A stretch of 64,000 nt of DNA from sequence record LR745208.1. The stretch is one strand, 5' to 3'. Below, in pieces: positions 36,694 through 45,818 of the stretch. The number at the start of each line of letters is the position of its first letter. The stretch's first letter is position 1. The translations under genes were made by a program, and so were the position numbers. The notes below the pieces were generated by a model. That model saw only the letters and a program-made list of their open reading frames with translations, ran no database searches and was not told where the DNA came from.

Positions 36694-39600
36694 TCTAGCT
36701 CCACGTTAGGTATTGTACCGCCCCACACGGTAGACAGTACCCCTGTAATGTCCCCCCCCTCTGGATCCAGCACCCTGAGTCTGGCTGGTGCATTGGGGGA
36801 CCCGCCCGCCATGATCCTGGCCAAAGGCTCCAACTCACTCAACCCAAGGGACTTGAGCTGATAGATCCTGACTGGACCATCCTTGGGGGGCGAGGAAGGT
36901 GGCTTGGACTGGGGTGTGGTTGTCTTCGGGGATGACGATGCCCTTTCCAAAGTGGTCCCCTGAGCCTCAGGAGGAGATACCACCTTCTTATCCTTCGGGA
37001 CCAACCCCTTGAAACAGCCCTCTAGTTCAGGGGGGCAGACCCCATCCCTACGCATCTCTTTGAGGTTCCAATGCACGGTCCAATCCATCCCCATCTCTAC
37101 ATCGGATGTCAATGGGACGGGCCACTTGAGGTTCAGGATAGCCTTGTTGCGACACATAATAGGCACAAACGTGTCAAGGGCCTCTTCTAGGATGTCCTTA
37201 TCAATCTCGAATACAAGCTCGTCATGCATCGTGAGAAGCATGTGGACCTTCTCAAGCCAGTCTCGCTTCTTGCACTCCTTATAGATGAGCCCCATTGCCA
37301 GTTTGGTGATGTCAGCACTTGTGTTATGAGTAATCACCCCATCACACACGAAAGCATGGTCATCATCAAACACTTCGATGTCATACATGGTGACTAGGCC
37401 CATGTCATTGGACTTCTTGGTGACTCGTTCATAGTTATACCCCAGGGCAAATTGCATCCCTGTTGGAACCTCCACCTCAGGAACCATATCCAGGTACTTC
37501 AGGCACTGTGGTTTACTCCCGGACCCCGCCACTAGCCTCAGAACTGCGGACTTTTTATCGGAAGCCAAAGGGCCATAGGCCACAGTGGATGCCTTCACTA
37601 CCCCACCAATCCAACTAGTCAAATCAGGAGGCATGAAGTATTTGTTGGACGACTGTGGGCACAATACCATGTCCATGGCCCGTTCTGTTTTGAAGTCTAT
37701 GTTGTATCCCACCTGCTCTCTAAATGCCCATCTATCCAGAACAGTTGTGCGCAAAGATCTGGGGGTATAATTTGCCCGTATTCCTAGGGTACCCAATAGA
37801 TCCTGTGTGTCCTTGAGCAAGCCCTGGTTTGTGCTCCTTACCGAAAATCCAATAGAGCTGTCCAAGGACCCCCTTGTGTCCTCGCTCACTGTCCCATCTG
37901 CGCTGAAGTATCCCCGTAGAAATGCTGCCCGGTTCTCCTTTGACTCAGACCACACAGCACGGGGGAACCGCTTGGTGTAGGTATTTTGGTCTAATACCCC
38001 CAAAACATCCCTACAGAAGGTGCGGAATTCCTTATTGTGGACCTTTATCTCCCACATGGGAAGGTAGGGAGCACCCTTTTTTGTGGTTCCTTCTTTAGTC
38101 ACCTTCTTACGGGCAATAGCGCCTGCATTCAAAAATTGATTGAGTCGCACTACCCATGAGTTTGCATATACTTGAGATGAGAACTCCGGGTAATCTCGGT
38201 TCTCCCCCACATGTACGATCAGATTCTCTTTACCAATCGACCCATCTCCGTAAACCATCCCCAGAAACTCCCACAAGTCTGGGTGATTTCCATCAATTAA
38301 GAAAGACTTGGAGTTGTGGGCCGTCATGCCCTTGTTGAACAGGTGACCCTCTTGCGGTCGGGCCTCCGACCTATATTGATACTTAGGGACACCCCACTCT
38401 ATTGGCATTGCCCCTGTAGCTACCCAATCCCCTATCTGGAGGTCTTCCTGGGGTACCCACTTAAATCCCTGGGATGCCCATACCCTAAACAGATGCTCAG
38501 GGCTGGTCTGGGTTATCTTCCCACTTTCAAAAGTTGTAGTCCTGAGGAGTTTTTCCCCCGAGAACAACACTCTTCCAGGTGCCCATGCCTTTCCTGTCCA
38601 GACATCAAACCCATTGAACTCTCCTGCGGACTGCCTATCCCACAATTCCTGGAGGGTGAGCAGACCAAGGGACGTTGGAATTCTGCTCTCGGGATGGAGG
38701 CAGCCTTGAACGGGGCTGTTCACTGAGTTTCGCTCAGCCTTGGACTTGATCCCACCCATAGCATGATCAATGTCTGGCATCGGAAGACGCCGACCAAATG
38801 CAGTGGTTACAAATTTGTGTTTTCTGGCAAACTTGTGCTTCTCTACCCACCATCCGGCAAGCACCTTGTAGGTTTTGTCAAACTCGTTCTTGATGCGCCA
38901 GCCCTCGTTCTTGTCGCACCCCACCGCATTGACTACAGCATTCCCACCACCCCCGTAACAGAGGGCAAAATTGCAGCTATTATGCGTTATGATCCCATTG
39001 GCCCAATAGAGATGAGAACTAGTACCCAGATGAAAATCCACACAGAGCCCTTTAGTTGCCGGAATAACCCTGATGATCTGATTTGTAACCTTCAACCTCC
39101 CTATGGGAATCTTCCGCAATCGAGCAATCTTTCCCGGGTGCTTCATATACTGCTTAAGAAAATACGAGTGTGACGTTGGAAGGTGGACTCGATAATACCA
39201 CCGCCGATATGTTTTGTTCCAGGAAGGCTCTACCACGACATGCTTACCGCAGGCTTGCAGCACTGCCGCTATCTGACCGGCAAAGATGGCGTCCTTGGTG
39301 GTAATAGATGCCGCCCCGTCCACGGCCACAGTACCATCTGTATCCATCAGACCACCAAGGAAGCGGTATATAGCCTTAGGCCCTGATTTTAGCACCCAAG
39401 GTGGAATACGGAGTGTCCGGTTTGCTTTACCCTTTCCAACCCCCTGGCACTCAAACACCAAACCAAGGTGTTCTAAAAATCTAGCCAAAATGGCACTACC
39501 CAGATAGACACCTTCGGGTCGTCTAACCGGTTTAAGCCCCAAATCATTGCAGGTACCCACAAGAATGTCCTGCCACAGCCGGTAAGGTACCCCCAGCCGG

Positions 39601-41945
39601 TCTACCTTATCAATATGACCATGAACAATCATGCTACTTGCGGTGCGAGTAGCCCCGTCTCCTGATATCAGCCCAGCGAAATATGCCATTGCGTAGTTTG
39701 GGGTATATATGCAAGGCGGGACACACTCGTTCAGTTTAATCTGAATGGGTTCGAATGGAAGGTCAGAAATCAGGGGCATACTTGTAGGCACTGCTAAATA
39801 GTCCCCCCTCCCCAACCCCTCATGCAGCGTCTTCACACTCCCATCGGCCAACTTGATGCCATGGTTATCGGAACATGTCAAGATACCATGAGTTGTGACC
39901 ACATGATATAAGGGCTTGACATCCCCGTAGTAATTCTCCATTATTGGGGCCCAAGTTTCCCCTGCCCAAACTGACCCGGATGAAGACACAAAGGTGTCTG
40001 GTGCTCCCACACCCACCACCCCTCCAATAGTATGAACCCCCTCCGGACGAACCACTAAAGTATCTGGGTGCACACATTTGGAATCTCCCCTCAGCTTCTT
40101 CCAGTCAGCCCGGTTAATAGCGTCCGCTCCGAATATTGCCAATCCAGTAAGGGTGTGGAGGTCCCCTATCTTGTCACTACCACAGGTGGGACAATATGGA
40201 GGTGGGGCTTCAGGGGTACATGTCCCGTCTCCTCCCGCAAACATATGGTCACATCCAGAACAGTGGAAGAACTCTCGGAGCCACTTGGGTTCATAGGACA
40301 AGTTACTTACTATCCGCAGCTCGACTCCAGAATAGTCGATCGCGCACAAAATCTTCCCGGGCCTTGCAATAATGCACTCTCGAATGCGGGCCAAACACTC
40401 GGGCCGCTTCGGGTCATAGGTGGCTGGTGTGCCATGGAAGGGGAATCTCGTCCCACCATCAAGTGCCCGTTTATCTTTGTCTTTGGTGGCTGAAACACAG
40501 AATCTGCCAGTGTCAATCTTGTGCGCATTGAAGTGAGCCCTCAAACTACCATCAGGAGCACAATCCTCAATGATTGGGAGCAAATAGGTCGACAAGGCCT
40601 TGGAGATTTCCCGGAACCTTTTGATCTTGGTGGCAAAAGGAAACTTGTCCCCAGCTTCCTCAAGCACACGTTCCAGTTCATCCTGATTGGTAGCCACCTG
40701 ACCGGACTTCTCCGTAGCAGTCAATCCAGGAACCTTGCACTCACGTAGGAGACTGCCCAGTTGCTCCGGTGAGAGCACATCATACACAAATGGGAAGTCA
40801 ACCTCTTCCATGGCTCCCTTGTTGACCATTGACAGGACCCTCTTCGTGAGGGTCTGTACTTTGACCTTTTTGCCCTCCTTGACCACGGGATCCAACTCAT
40901 GCTTGTCCGACTCTGACCGAGCCTGAATGACCAACTCCATATAGGAGGGGCTCACCACATCTGGATCAAACTTGAGGGATGCGAGGGTCATTCTCCAAGA
41001 AGTGAGATCCGATTCCTTGGCCTCAATGGTGCCCATCATGAGCTTGTAGTACCCGGGCCTAATATCCCGGCCAACAATCTCCGATGCCGACCCATACACC
41101 TCCTGGAGAGATGAGACCCATTCCCGCTGGCCAATTCTAATCAACTCCCGGGCCTTCTCCTGGTCCATTAGAACCCTGGGGCGCTCCATCCACCGGGTAG
41201 CTGCCACACAGAGCCTCTCCACGTCGTAGATGAACTTCTGACCTTTGACCCCATCGTCCGGCGTCAATACCTGTGGGGCCAGCTTTTCATACAGGAGCCA
41301 TGTACAGATTGCATCCGATGCAGCATACCAGATCATCGGCTCCCACGAGGGGTCCAACTCTGAGAAGTCCAAATTCTTGGTGCCCTCTGGGAAAAGCTCC
41401 TCAAGCTCCAACATCTCCATACCCAGCTCGGTTTGAGCTAGGTGCTTCAATCCCTTCTTCTTAGCCCGTGTATCCCTCAAGTATGCCAGGATGAGCGTGT
41501 CCTCCCACTTACCAGCCTCATCCCACTCGCCAATAGGCTCCCCACCATTGAACTGAAGGAACTCCTGGTCGAACTTACCATTATGGAAAATAGCCCTGGC
41601 GGGACTTGCAACTAGACGAGACAACTCCCGGCGGAACGCGGACCAGGGAATATTGTGCTCGACCCCCTTCTTGTGCCGAAGGGGGATGTAGTAGCCGGTC
41701 TTACCGTCAGGAGAAAGACAGCACCCAACGATCTTGGAATTGGTCTCCCCATCGAAAACCCTTGTGTCAAGCCCAGTTGTCTCCAGGTCCAGTGAGTAGA
41801 GGCCAGATGCCATACAGGCATCAATGACCCCTGGTAGGGCATCAGCAGTCACTCGGACCAACTGGAACTTACCACTGGTCATCCATGGCTTTGGGGTGAT
41901 CTTGAGGGTATTGGCATCCTCCAGAAACGAGAAAACGTCAGACAT
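36690..41945 (-). CDS. polA: Family A DNA polymerase with 3'-5' exonuclease, two inteins
   Basis: ExoI SLDLETTG, ExoII HNGKFD, ExoIII YAASD; motif A IDYSGVELR, motif B RGDSK|SCNFALCYG, motif C MHDEL; start refined to ATG 41945. Confidence 0.95.
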   Translation of the reverse strand: MSDVFSFLEDANTLKITPKPWMTSGKFQLVRVTADALPGVIDACMASGLYSLDLETTGLDTRVFDGETNSKIVGCCLSPDGKTGYYIPLRHKKGVEHNIPWSAFRRELSRLVASPARAIFHNGKFDQEFLQFNGGEPIGEWDEAGKWEDTLILAYLRDTRAKKKGLKHLAQTELGMEMLELEELFPEGTKNLDFSELDPSWEPMIWYAASDAICTWLLYEKLAPQVLTPDDGVKGQKFIYDVERLCVAATRWMERPRVLMDQEKARELIRIGQREWVSSLQEVYGSASEIVGRDIRPGYYKLMMGTIEAKESDLTSWRMTLASLKFDPDVVSPSYMELVIQARSESDKHELDPVVKEGKKVKVQTLTKRVLSMVNKGAMEEVDFPFVYDVLSPEQLGSLLRECKVPGLTATEKSGQVATNQDELERVLEEAGDKFPFATKIKRFREISKALSTYLLPIIEDCAPDGSLRAHFNAHKIDTGRFCVSATKDKDKRALDGGTRFPFHGTPATYDPKRPECLARIRECIIARPGKILCAIDYSGVELRIVSNLSYEPKWLREFFHCSGCDHMFAGGDGTCTPEAPPPYCPTCGSDKIGDLHTLTGLAIFGADAINRADWKKLRGDSKCVHPDTLVVRPEGVHTIGGVVGVGAPDTFVSSSGSVWAGETWAPIMENYYGDVKPLYHVVTTHGILTCSDNHGIKLADGSVKTLHEGLGRGDYLAVPTSMPLISDLPFEPIQIKLNECVPPCIYTPNYAMAYFAGLISGDGATRTASSMIVHGHIDKVDRLGVPYRLWQDILVGTCNDLGLKPVRRPEGVYLGSAILARFLEHLGLVFECQGVGKGKANRTLRIPPWVLKSGPKAIYRFLGGLMDTDGTVAVDGAASITTKDAIFAGQIAAVLQACGKHVVVEPSWNKTYRRWYYRVHLPTSHSYFLKQYMKHPGKIARLRKIPIGRLKVTNQIIRVIPATKGLCVDFHLGTSSHLYWANGIITHNSCNFALCYGGGGNAVVNAVGCDKNEGWRIKNEFDKTYKVLAGWWVEKHKFARKHKFVTTAFGRRLPMPDIDHAMGGIKSKAERNSVNSPVQGCLHPESRIPTSLGLLTLQELWDRQSAGEFNGFDVWTGKAWAPGRVLFSGEKLLRTTTFESGKITQTSPEHLFRVWASQGFKWVPQEDLQIGDWVATGAMPIEWGVPKYQYRSEARPQEGHLFNKGMTAHNSKSFLIDGNHPDLWEFLGMVYGDGSIGKENLIVHVGENRDYPEFSSQVYANSWVVRLNQFLNAGAIARKKVTKEGTTKKGAPYLPMWEIKVHNKEFRTFCRDVLGVLDQNTYTKRFPRAVWSESKENRAAFLRGYFSADGTVSEDTRGSLDSSIGFSVRSTNQGLLKDTQDLLGTLGIRANYTPRSLRTTVLDRWAFREQVGYNIDFKTERAMDMVLCPQSSNKYFMPPDLTSWIGGVVKASTVAYGPLASDKKSAVLRLVAGSGSKPQCLKYLDMVPEVEVPTGMQFALGYNYERVTKKSNDMGLVTMYDIEVFDDDHAFVCDGVITHNTSADITKLAMGLIYKECKKRDWLEKVHMLLTMHDELVFEIDKDILEEALDTFVPIMCRNKAILNLKWPVPLTSDVEMGMDWTVHWNLKEMRRDGVCPPELEGCFKGLVPKDKKVVSPPEAQGTTLERASSSPKTTTPQSKPPSSPPKDGPVRIYQLKSLGLSELEPLARIMAGGSPNAPARLRVLDPEGGDITGVLSTVWGGTIPNVELE
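37323..38702 (-). mobile_element. Intein 2 in PolA (460 aa, LAGLIDADG) at QG|TSAD
   Basis: G|CLHPES ... VITHN|T; FLGMVYGDG and LRGYFSADG blocks. Confidence 0.93.
38979..40076 (-). mobile_element. Intein 1 in PolA (366 aa, LAGLIDADG) inside motif B
   Basis: K|CVHPDT ... IITHN|S; FAGLISGDG and LGGLMDTDG blocks. Confidence 0.93.
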
Positions 41946-42111
41946 GTGTGGATTCTTGCTCCTCAATGCGAAGTACGAAATTCATACTGAGACGGGCATT
42001 CTCTACCTCCAAAGCATTCTCCAGGTGCCTTCGGATTGTCTCAATATAGCCATCGTCTGGGGCATCCCCCCGATATCTTGCCACCACGGTGAAAGCGACT
42101 TTTTGTGACAT
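41938..42111 (-). CDS. Small hypothetical protein, 57 aa (not in ORF track)
   Basis: Manual translation MSQKVAFTVVARYRG...EQESTHV*; SD GAGGAGAGG upstream; stop overlaps the PolA start. Confidence 0.6.
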   Translation of the reverse strand: MSQKVAFTVVARYRGDAPDDGYIETIRRHLENALEVENARLSMNFVLRIEEQESTHV

Positions 42112-42131
42112 TAAGCCAACCTCTCCTCTGC

Positions 42132-42560
42132 TTACTCTTCCGGGACCGTAATGATGACCACAATCCCATCACGCCAGAGCATTACTAGGTTGTTGATGAG
42201 GCTCCTATTCTCAGGGAACACTTCAGCCTCCCAGCAGTCCGGTGTGGTGGGACTGGGGACACATTTGGAAGGCACATAGGAGATACAGGACTTCCTGTTC
42301 ATGCACAAGGTATCCGCCATTGGCAACCTCTTCACAAGGGCCTTAGGTGGAGGCCCCAGTATCCGCATCAAGGGGGTGACATAACCTCTCAGGGCTTGAT
42401 CCAGGATGCCATCAGGGACCAACGGAAACAGTGGCTCCCAATCAGTGCCCACTAGAAACCGAAACTGCCCCCACCGGTCATCCCCGTAAGGAATAACCCG
42501 GGCTATAGTTGGCTCCCCCCAAGCTAGATCTGGCAGCTTGGTGGTAACGATTCCTGTCAT
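42132..42560 (-). CDS. Hypothetical protein, 142 aa, C-terminal Cys cluster
   Basis: 4-nt overlap with the primase Zn-domain gene. Confidence 0.6.
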   Translation of the reverse strand: MTGIVTTKLPDLAWGEPTIARVIPYGDDRWGQFRFLVGTDWEPLFPLVPDGILDQALRGYVTPLMRILGPPPKALVKRLPMADTLCMNRKSCISYVPSKCVPSPTTPDCWEAEVFPENRSLINNLVMLWRDGIVVIITVPEE

Positions 42561-43180
42561 TGCGTGTTCCCCGATTCCTCAACCAGCCTCTTGACCAACT
42601 TGCTCATTGCACCATGTACCTCATTGGGGTTGGTGGTAGCCATTACAGTCAAATAGTCAAACTGCTCCCACAATCGAAGCACCAGTGATAGTGGTTTAGC
42701 CCTCTCCATCGTCATGGCATCCAGCAATCTCTTAGCACGAGAGGACTCAATCTCCAGGGTATCTCGTGGGGGTTCCCTGAGGATTGACTCAAGCAGGCTC
42801 TCAGGGGTCTCCTCCTTCTCTTCCCCCTCCCAGGACATCGGGGGTAGCTGGTATTGTTTTTCCAGGAGGTCCATGGCCTCCATGAAGCCAACACCCTCCT
42901 TCTCTCTCACCAACTGAATGGCATCCCGACTCATCCCACAAGCCCAGCAGTAGAACTGGTTGGTATCTGGATAACACCGAGCCGATGGCTTACTGTCGGT
43001 CCCATCACCGTGAAGATCACATGAGAACTGTTGCTCCCTGTCCGTCCCCTCTTCGACAGCATAGCCGTACTTGGCCAGAACCCGATCAATGGGGATGTCA
43101 GTCTTAATCCGCCCAACCCGCTTTTCTGTACGGTTCACCGCACCACTTGGCGAGCCTGAACTCAATAGAGCACCACGCAT
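42557..43180 (-). CDS. DNA primase zinc-binding (CHC2-type) domain protein without TOPRIM
   Basis: FSCDLHGD...PSARCY...FYCWACG...DAIQLVREKEGVGFMEA. Confidence 0.82.
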   Translation of the reverse strand: MRGALLSSGSPSGAVNRTEKRVGRIKTDIPIDRVLAKYGYAVEEGTDREQQFSCDLHGDGTDSKPSARCYPDTNQFYCWACGMSRDAIQLVREKEGVGFMEAMDLLEKQYQLPPMSWEGEEKEETPESLLESILREPPRDTLEIESSRAKRLLDAMTMERAKPLSLVLRLWEQFDYLTVMATTNPNEVHGAMSKLVKRLVEESGNTQ

Positions 43181-43377
43181 GGGAACACGGGGGTATCCGG
43201 GTCCCCACAGGATTCAGTTTGCGCCTCTTCCTCTGTAGCATAAGGCCATCCCCCCACACTAAACTGCCGTTCACAGGTCGTCACTTCCGTGTAGTAGCCA
43301 TCGTTGTAGAACATCACGATGGAGTCTGGATTGTACTTGCTCAACTGAGCAATCAGGTCTTTGAGTGTCATTATCAT
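43162..43377 (-). CDS. Small hypothetical protein, about 71 aa
   Basis: MIMTLKDLIAQLSKYNPD; SD GAGGA 7 nt upstream (track start 43458). Confidence 0.55.
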   Translation of the reverse strand: MIMTLKDLIAQLSKYNPDSIVMFYNDGYYTEVTTCERQFSVGGWPYATEEEAQTESCGDPDTPVFPCVVLY

Positions 43378-43387
43378 TGGGCCATCC

Positions 43388-44194
43388 TCAGGCAAACATA
43401 TCCAGCACAGAAGGCTCCTGCTGTGGAACCACTGCAACCATTTCCAAAATGGAAACACCTGCTTCTGTCATCCTGGCTTTCCGAGCCTCATGAGCATCGG
43501 CGAAGGTATCCGGATCGTCCAGGTGGGGCTCCCGCATGGGCATAATGACAGCTGTTACCACCCCCTTATAGAGCAGAGCCACAGGTTGGAAAATCTCCGG
43601 GGCACACATGATTGTATCCCACTCCACCAGGGTAACAGCCAGGGCCAGCTTACGAGCATCAACGTAATGCAAAACGTCTTGGGCATCCACGATGAGGGCC
43701 ACCCCAGCCACTGTGGCCCCCAGGAACTCCGCTGGCTTGGCCATTTCTGGTATTACCAACACGTCAGATGCGTCCAGAAACACCACCCTATCTGGCTCCG
43801 GCTCCTGTAGCTCCCTCAGAAGAGCTTCTGCCCCAGGACGGACATGGCGAATATCAAATCCCATATGGCGGTCACACAGGTAGGAAGAGTTGGCCTCTGT
43901 GGCTCGATATCCCCATGCCTTAACGGTTCCCACCTGAAGAGGTTTTAGTATGGGTTTGGCAAAGATGGGATACCCCTCGTTATTGAACCCAGTCCACCGT
44001 GCCAGCAGGTCGGCCGCAATGTCCTTGGCCCACTTGAGACCATCGACCTTGTCAGCGTAGGGCTCCCACCCATGGTTGTGCTCGTAAACCACCTTGTAAC
44101 CATCTGGTTCCTTGGCAACCAGCAAGACCTTCTCTGGGGATCCCTCCAGGGATAGGCGGTATTGCGTCTTAGCCGTATTGACGATCTCAATCAT
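43388..44194 (-). CDS. Hypothetical protein, about 268 aa
   Basis: Start refined to ATG 44194; contains AVIMPMR near the C-terminus. Confidence 0.6.
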   Translation of the reverse strand: MIEIVNTAKTQYRLSLEGSPEKVLLVAKEPDGYKVVYEHNHGWEPYADKVDGLKWAKDIAADLLARWTGFNNEGYPIFAKPILKPLQVGTVKAWGYRATEANSSYLCDRHMGFDIRHVRPGAEALLRELQEPEPDRVVFLDASDVLVIPEMAKPAEFLGATVAGVALIVDAQDVLHYVDARKLALAVTLVEWDTIMCAPEIFQPVALLYKGVVTAVIMPMREPHLDDPDTFADAHEARKARMTEAGVSILEMVAVVPQQEPSVLDMFA

Positions 44195-45818
44195 TGGTGG
44201 CCCCAAACATCCCCAATATGGAATCCTCTTCGGGAGCCTCTTCCACAGGTGGCTTTACACCAGCAATGCGCAGTCGAGCCGTGTTGGCAGACTCTTCCTC
44301 TAACTCAATTCCCGTGAACTCAAATCCCTCATGGACACATGCCATTCCAGTTGTTCCCGACCCACAGAAGGGGTCCAGAACCTTGCCCCCTGGTTGGGTG
44401 ACCAGTTTGACCAAAAATCTCATTAAGTTCAAGGGCTTGACGGTGACATGTTTGTTAGCGGCCCCCTCAGGCATCCCCGCATTGCGCTCCCCCTTGGATG
44501 TCTTGGCCACATACCGGAAGGCATGCTCGATCTCCCCGGGCTCCCATGTGAAGTTGGGGAAGAACCGAGAGGCCCCTCCCGAGTCCCCATAAACCTCACC
44601 CCCACCACCCACTCCCTTGAACATCCCAGGTTTCTTCACCTCACTTGGATTTGCCCTACCCCCTGTCCCAAACGAGTAGGCAGCCCGACCTGTCCCAAAC
44701 GAGTAGGCAGCCCGACCAAGCTGTGCCTGATTGCTCTGCCTATCCATCTCTGCGATGGGGCACCCTTCAGCACACTCAAAAGCGGGAACCTCATCCTTGC
44801 CATCTTCGGTTGCAAAAACCGCCCCGGTGCCCTTCTCGTAGGTACAGCCCCCCTCTTCTACCCCCCACTTCACAGTCCTTCTACCCGCGGTGAGTTGCTT
44901 GGCCTTGACCGTGTTAGTACCGACCTGCTTACAGGATGGGAGATGACAGAGCAGGGTGTTTGGAGGCCACCTGCCAGCAGGATTGCCTGGAGACACCATG
45001 AGTGGGGGCTTCCACCCATCGTCATTCATCCTCCCCAAGGCATGCTGGCCATGGTTACCAGTCAGGTCATCTGGAGTGCCCACCCTACAAGCATCCACAT
45101 TGATGGCCCCGGTACCGGTCGCCAGCACCTGTGCGGCCACTGTGGACTCCCTAAGTGGCCTGCGGAATACTAGAATCACTTCATGTGAGGGCTTTAGTGC
45201 CGTCCCCCAACCGTCCCATTTTTTGGCGGCATCGGTAGCGGGTGCTGTTTCAGTACGGGTATCCTCAACCTCTCTGTGCAGGTCCCCTGGGGACATAGCC
45301 CGAGGATGGGTATTGGCCCTTGCAGCATACTGAGAGAGGCCAACCACTTCTCTCTCGGCCCCGGCCTGCTTGTCAATGGCCTTGCTGACATTGAGGCTTT
45401 TTGGAAATCCCGACCCAAAAGTCCAATGCAATGCAGGAACCCCAATAGGTACTACTACTGACCCATGCACAGCGATTGTGTCCCTGCTCTCAAATCCCGC
45501 AAACCTGATTGCAATGCTGAGTAGGTCCCACGTTCGTGAGGACGACATGGCAAGTAGGTGCCCCCCAGGCTTCAGAACCCGGAACACCTCACGCCAATAC
45601 TCCGGTCCAGGCACTGAGGCATCCCAGTCTTTGGACATGAAGCCAGCCCTCCCATGCTTGTAGGGCTTGCCTGCTATCCAACAAGCCATCACTTCCGCAA
45701 TGTCCGGCTCGACTGACAACCCATACGGGGGATCAGTCACGATGGCGTCGAAGGACTCCGCCTCCAGGGTGGGGAGAACCTGTAAGGAGTCTCCCCGAAT
45801 CACAATGTGGTTGGTCAT
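44187..45818 (-). CDS. Second orphan DNA N6/N4 methyltransferase, paralogue of 33945..35492
   Basis: RGDSLQVL, VTDPPY, HVTVKP, VLDPFCGSGTTG; shared HWTFGSGxPK and CxEGCP insert. Confidence 0.92.
   Translation of the reverse strand: MTNHIVIRGDSLQVLPTLEAESFDAIVTDPPYGLSVEPDIAEVMACWIAGKPYKHGRAGFMSKDWDASVPGPEYWREVFRVLKPGGHLLAMSSSRTWDLLSIAIRFAGFESRDTIAVHGSVVVPIGVPALHWTFGSGFPKSLNVSKAIDKQAGAEREVVGLSQYAARANTHPRAMSPGDLHREVEDTRTETAPATDAAKKWDGWGTALKPSHEVILVFRRPLRESTVAAQVLATGTGAINVDACRVGTPDDLTGNHGQHALGRMNDDGWKPPLMVSPGNPAGRWPPNTLLCHLPSCKQVGTNTVKAKQLTAGRRTVKWGVEEGGCTYEKGTGAVFATEDGKDEVPAFECAEGCPIAEMDRQSNQAQLGRAAYSFGTGRAAYSFGTGGRANPSEVKKPGMFKGVGGGGEVYGDSGGASRFFPNFTWEPGEIEHAFRYVAKTSKGERNAGMPEGAANKHVTVKPLNLMRFLVKLVTQPGGKVLDPFCGSGTTGMACVHEGFEFTGIELEEESANTARLRIAGVKPPVEEAPEEDSILGMFGATND
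44662..44717. repeat. Exact 27-bp in-frame tandem duplication (GRAAYSFGT x2)
   Basis: CCTGTCCCAAACGAGTAGGCAGCCCGA at 44662 and 44689. Confidence 0.95.
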
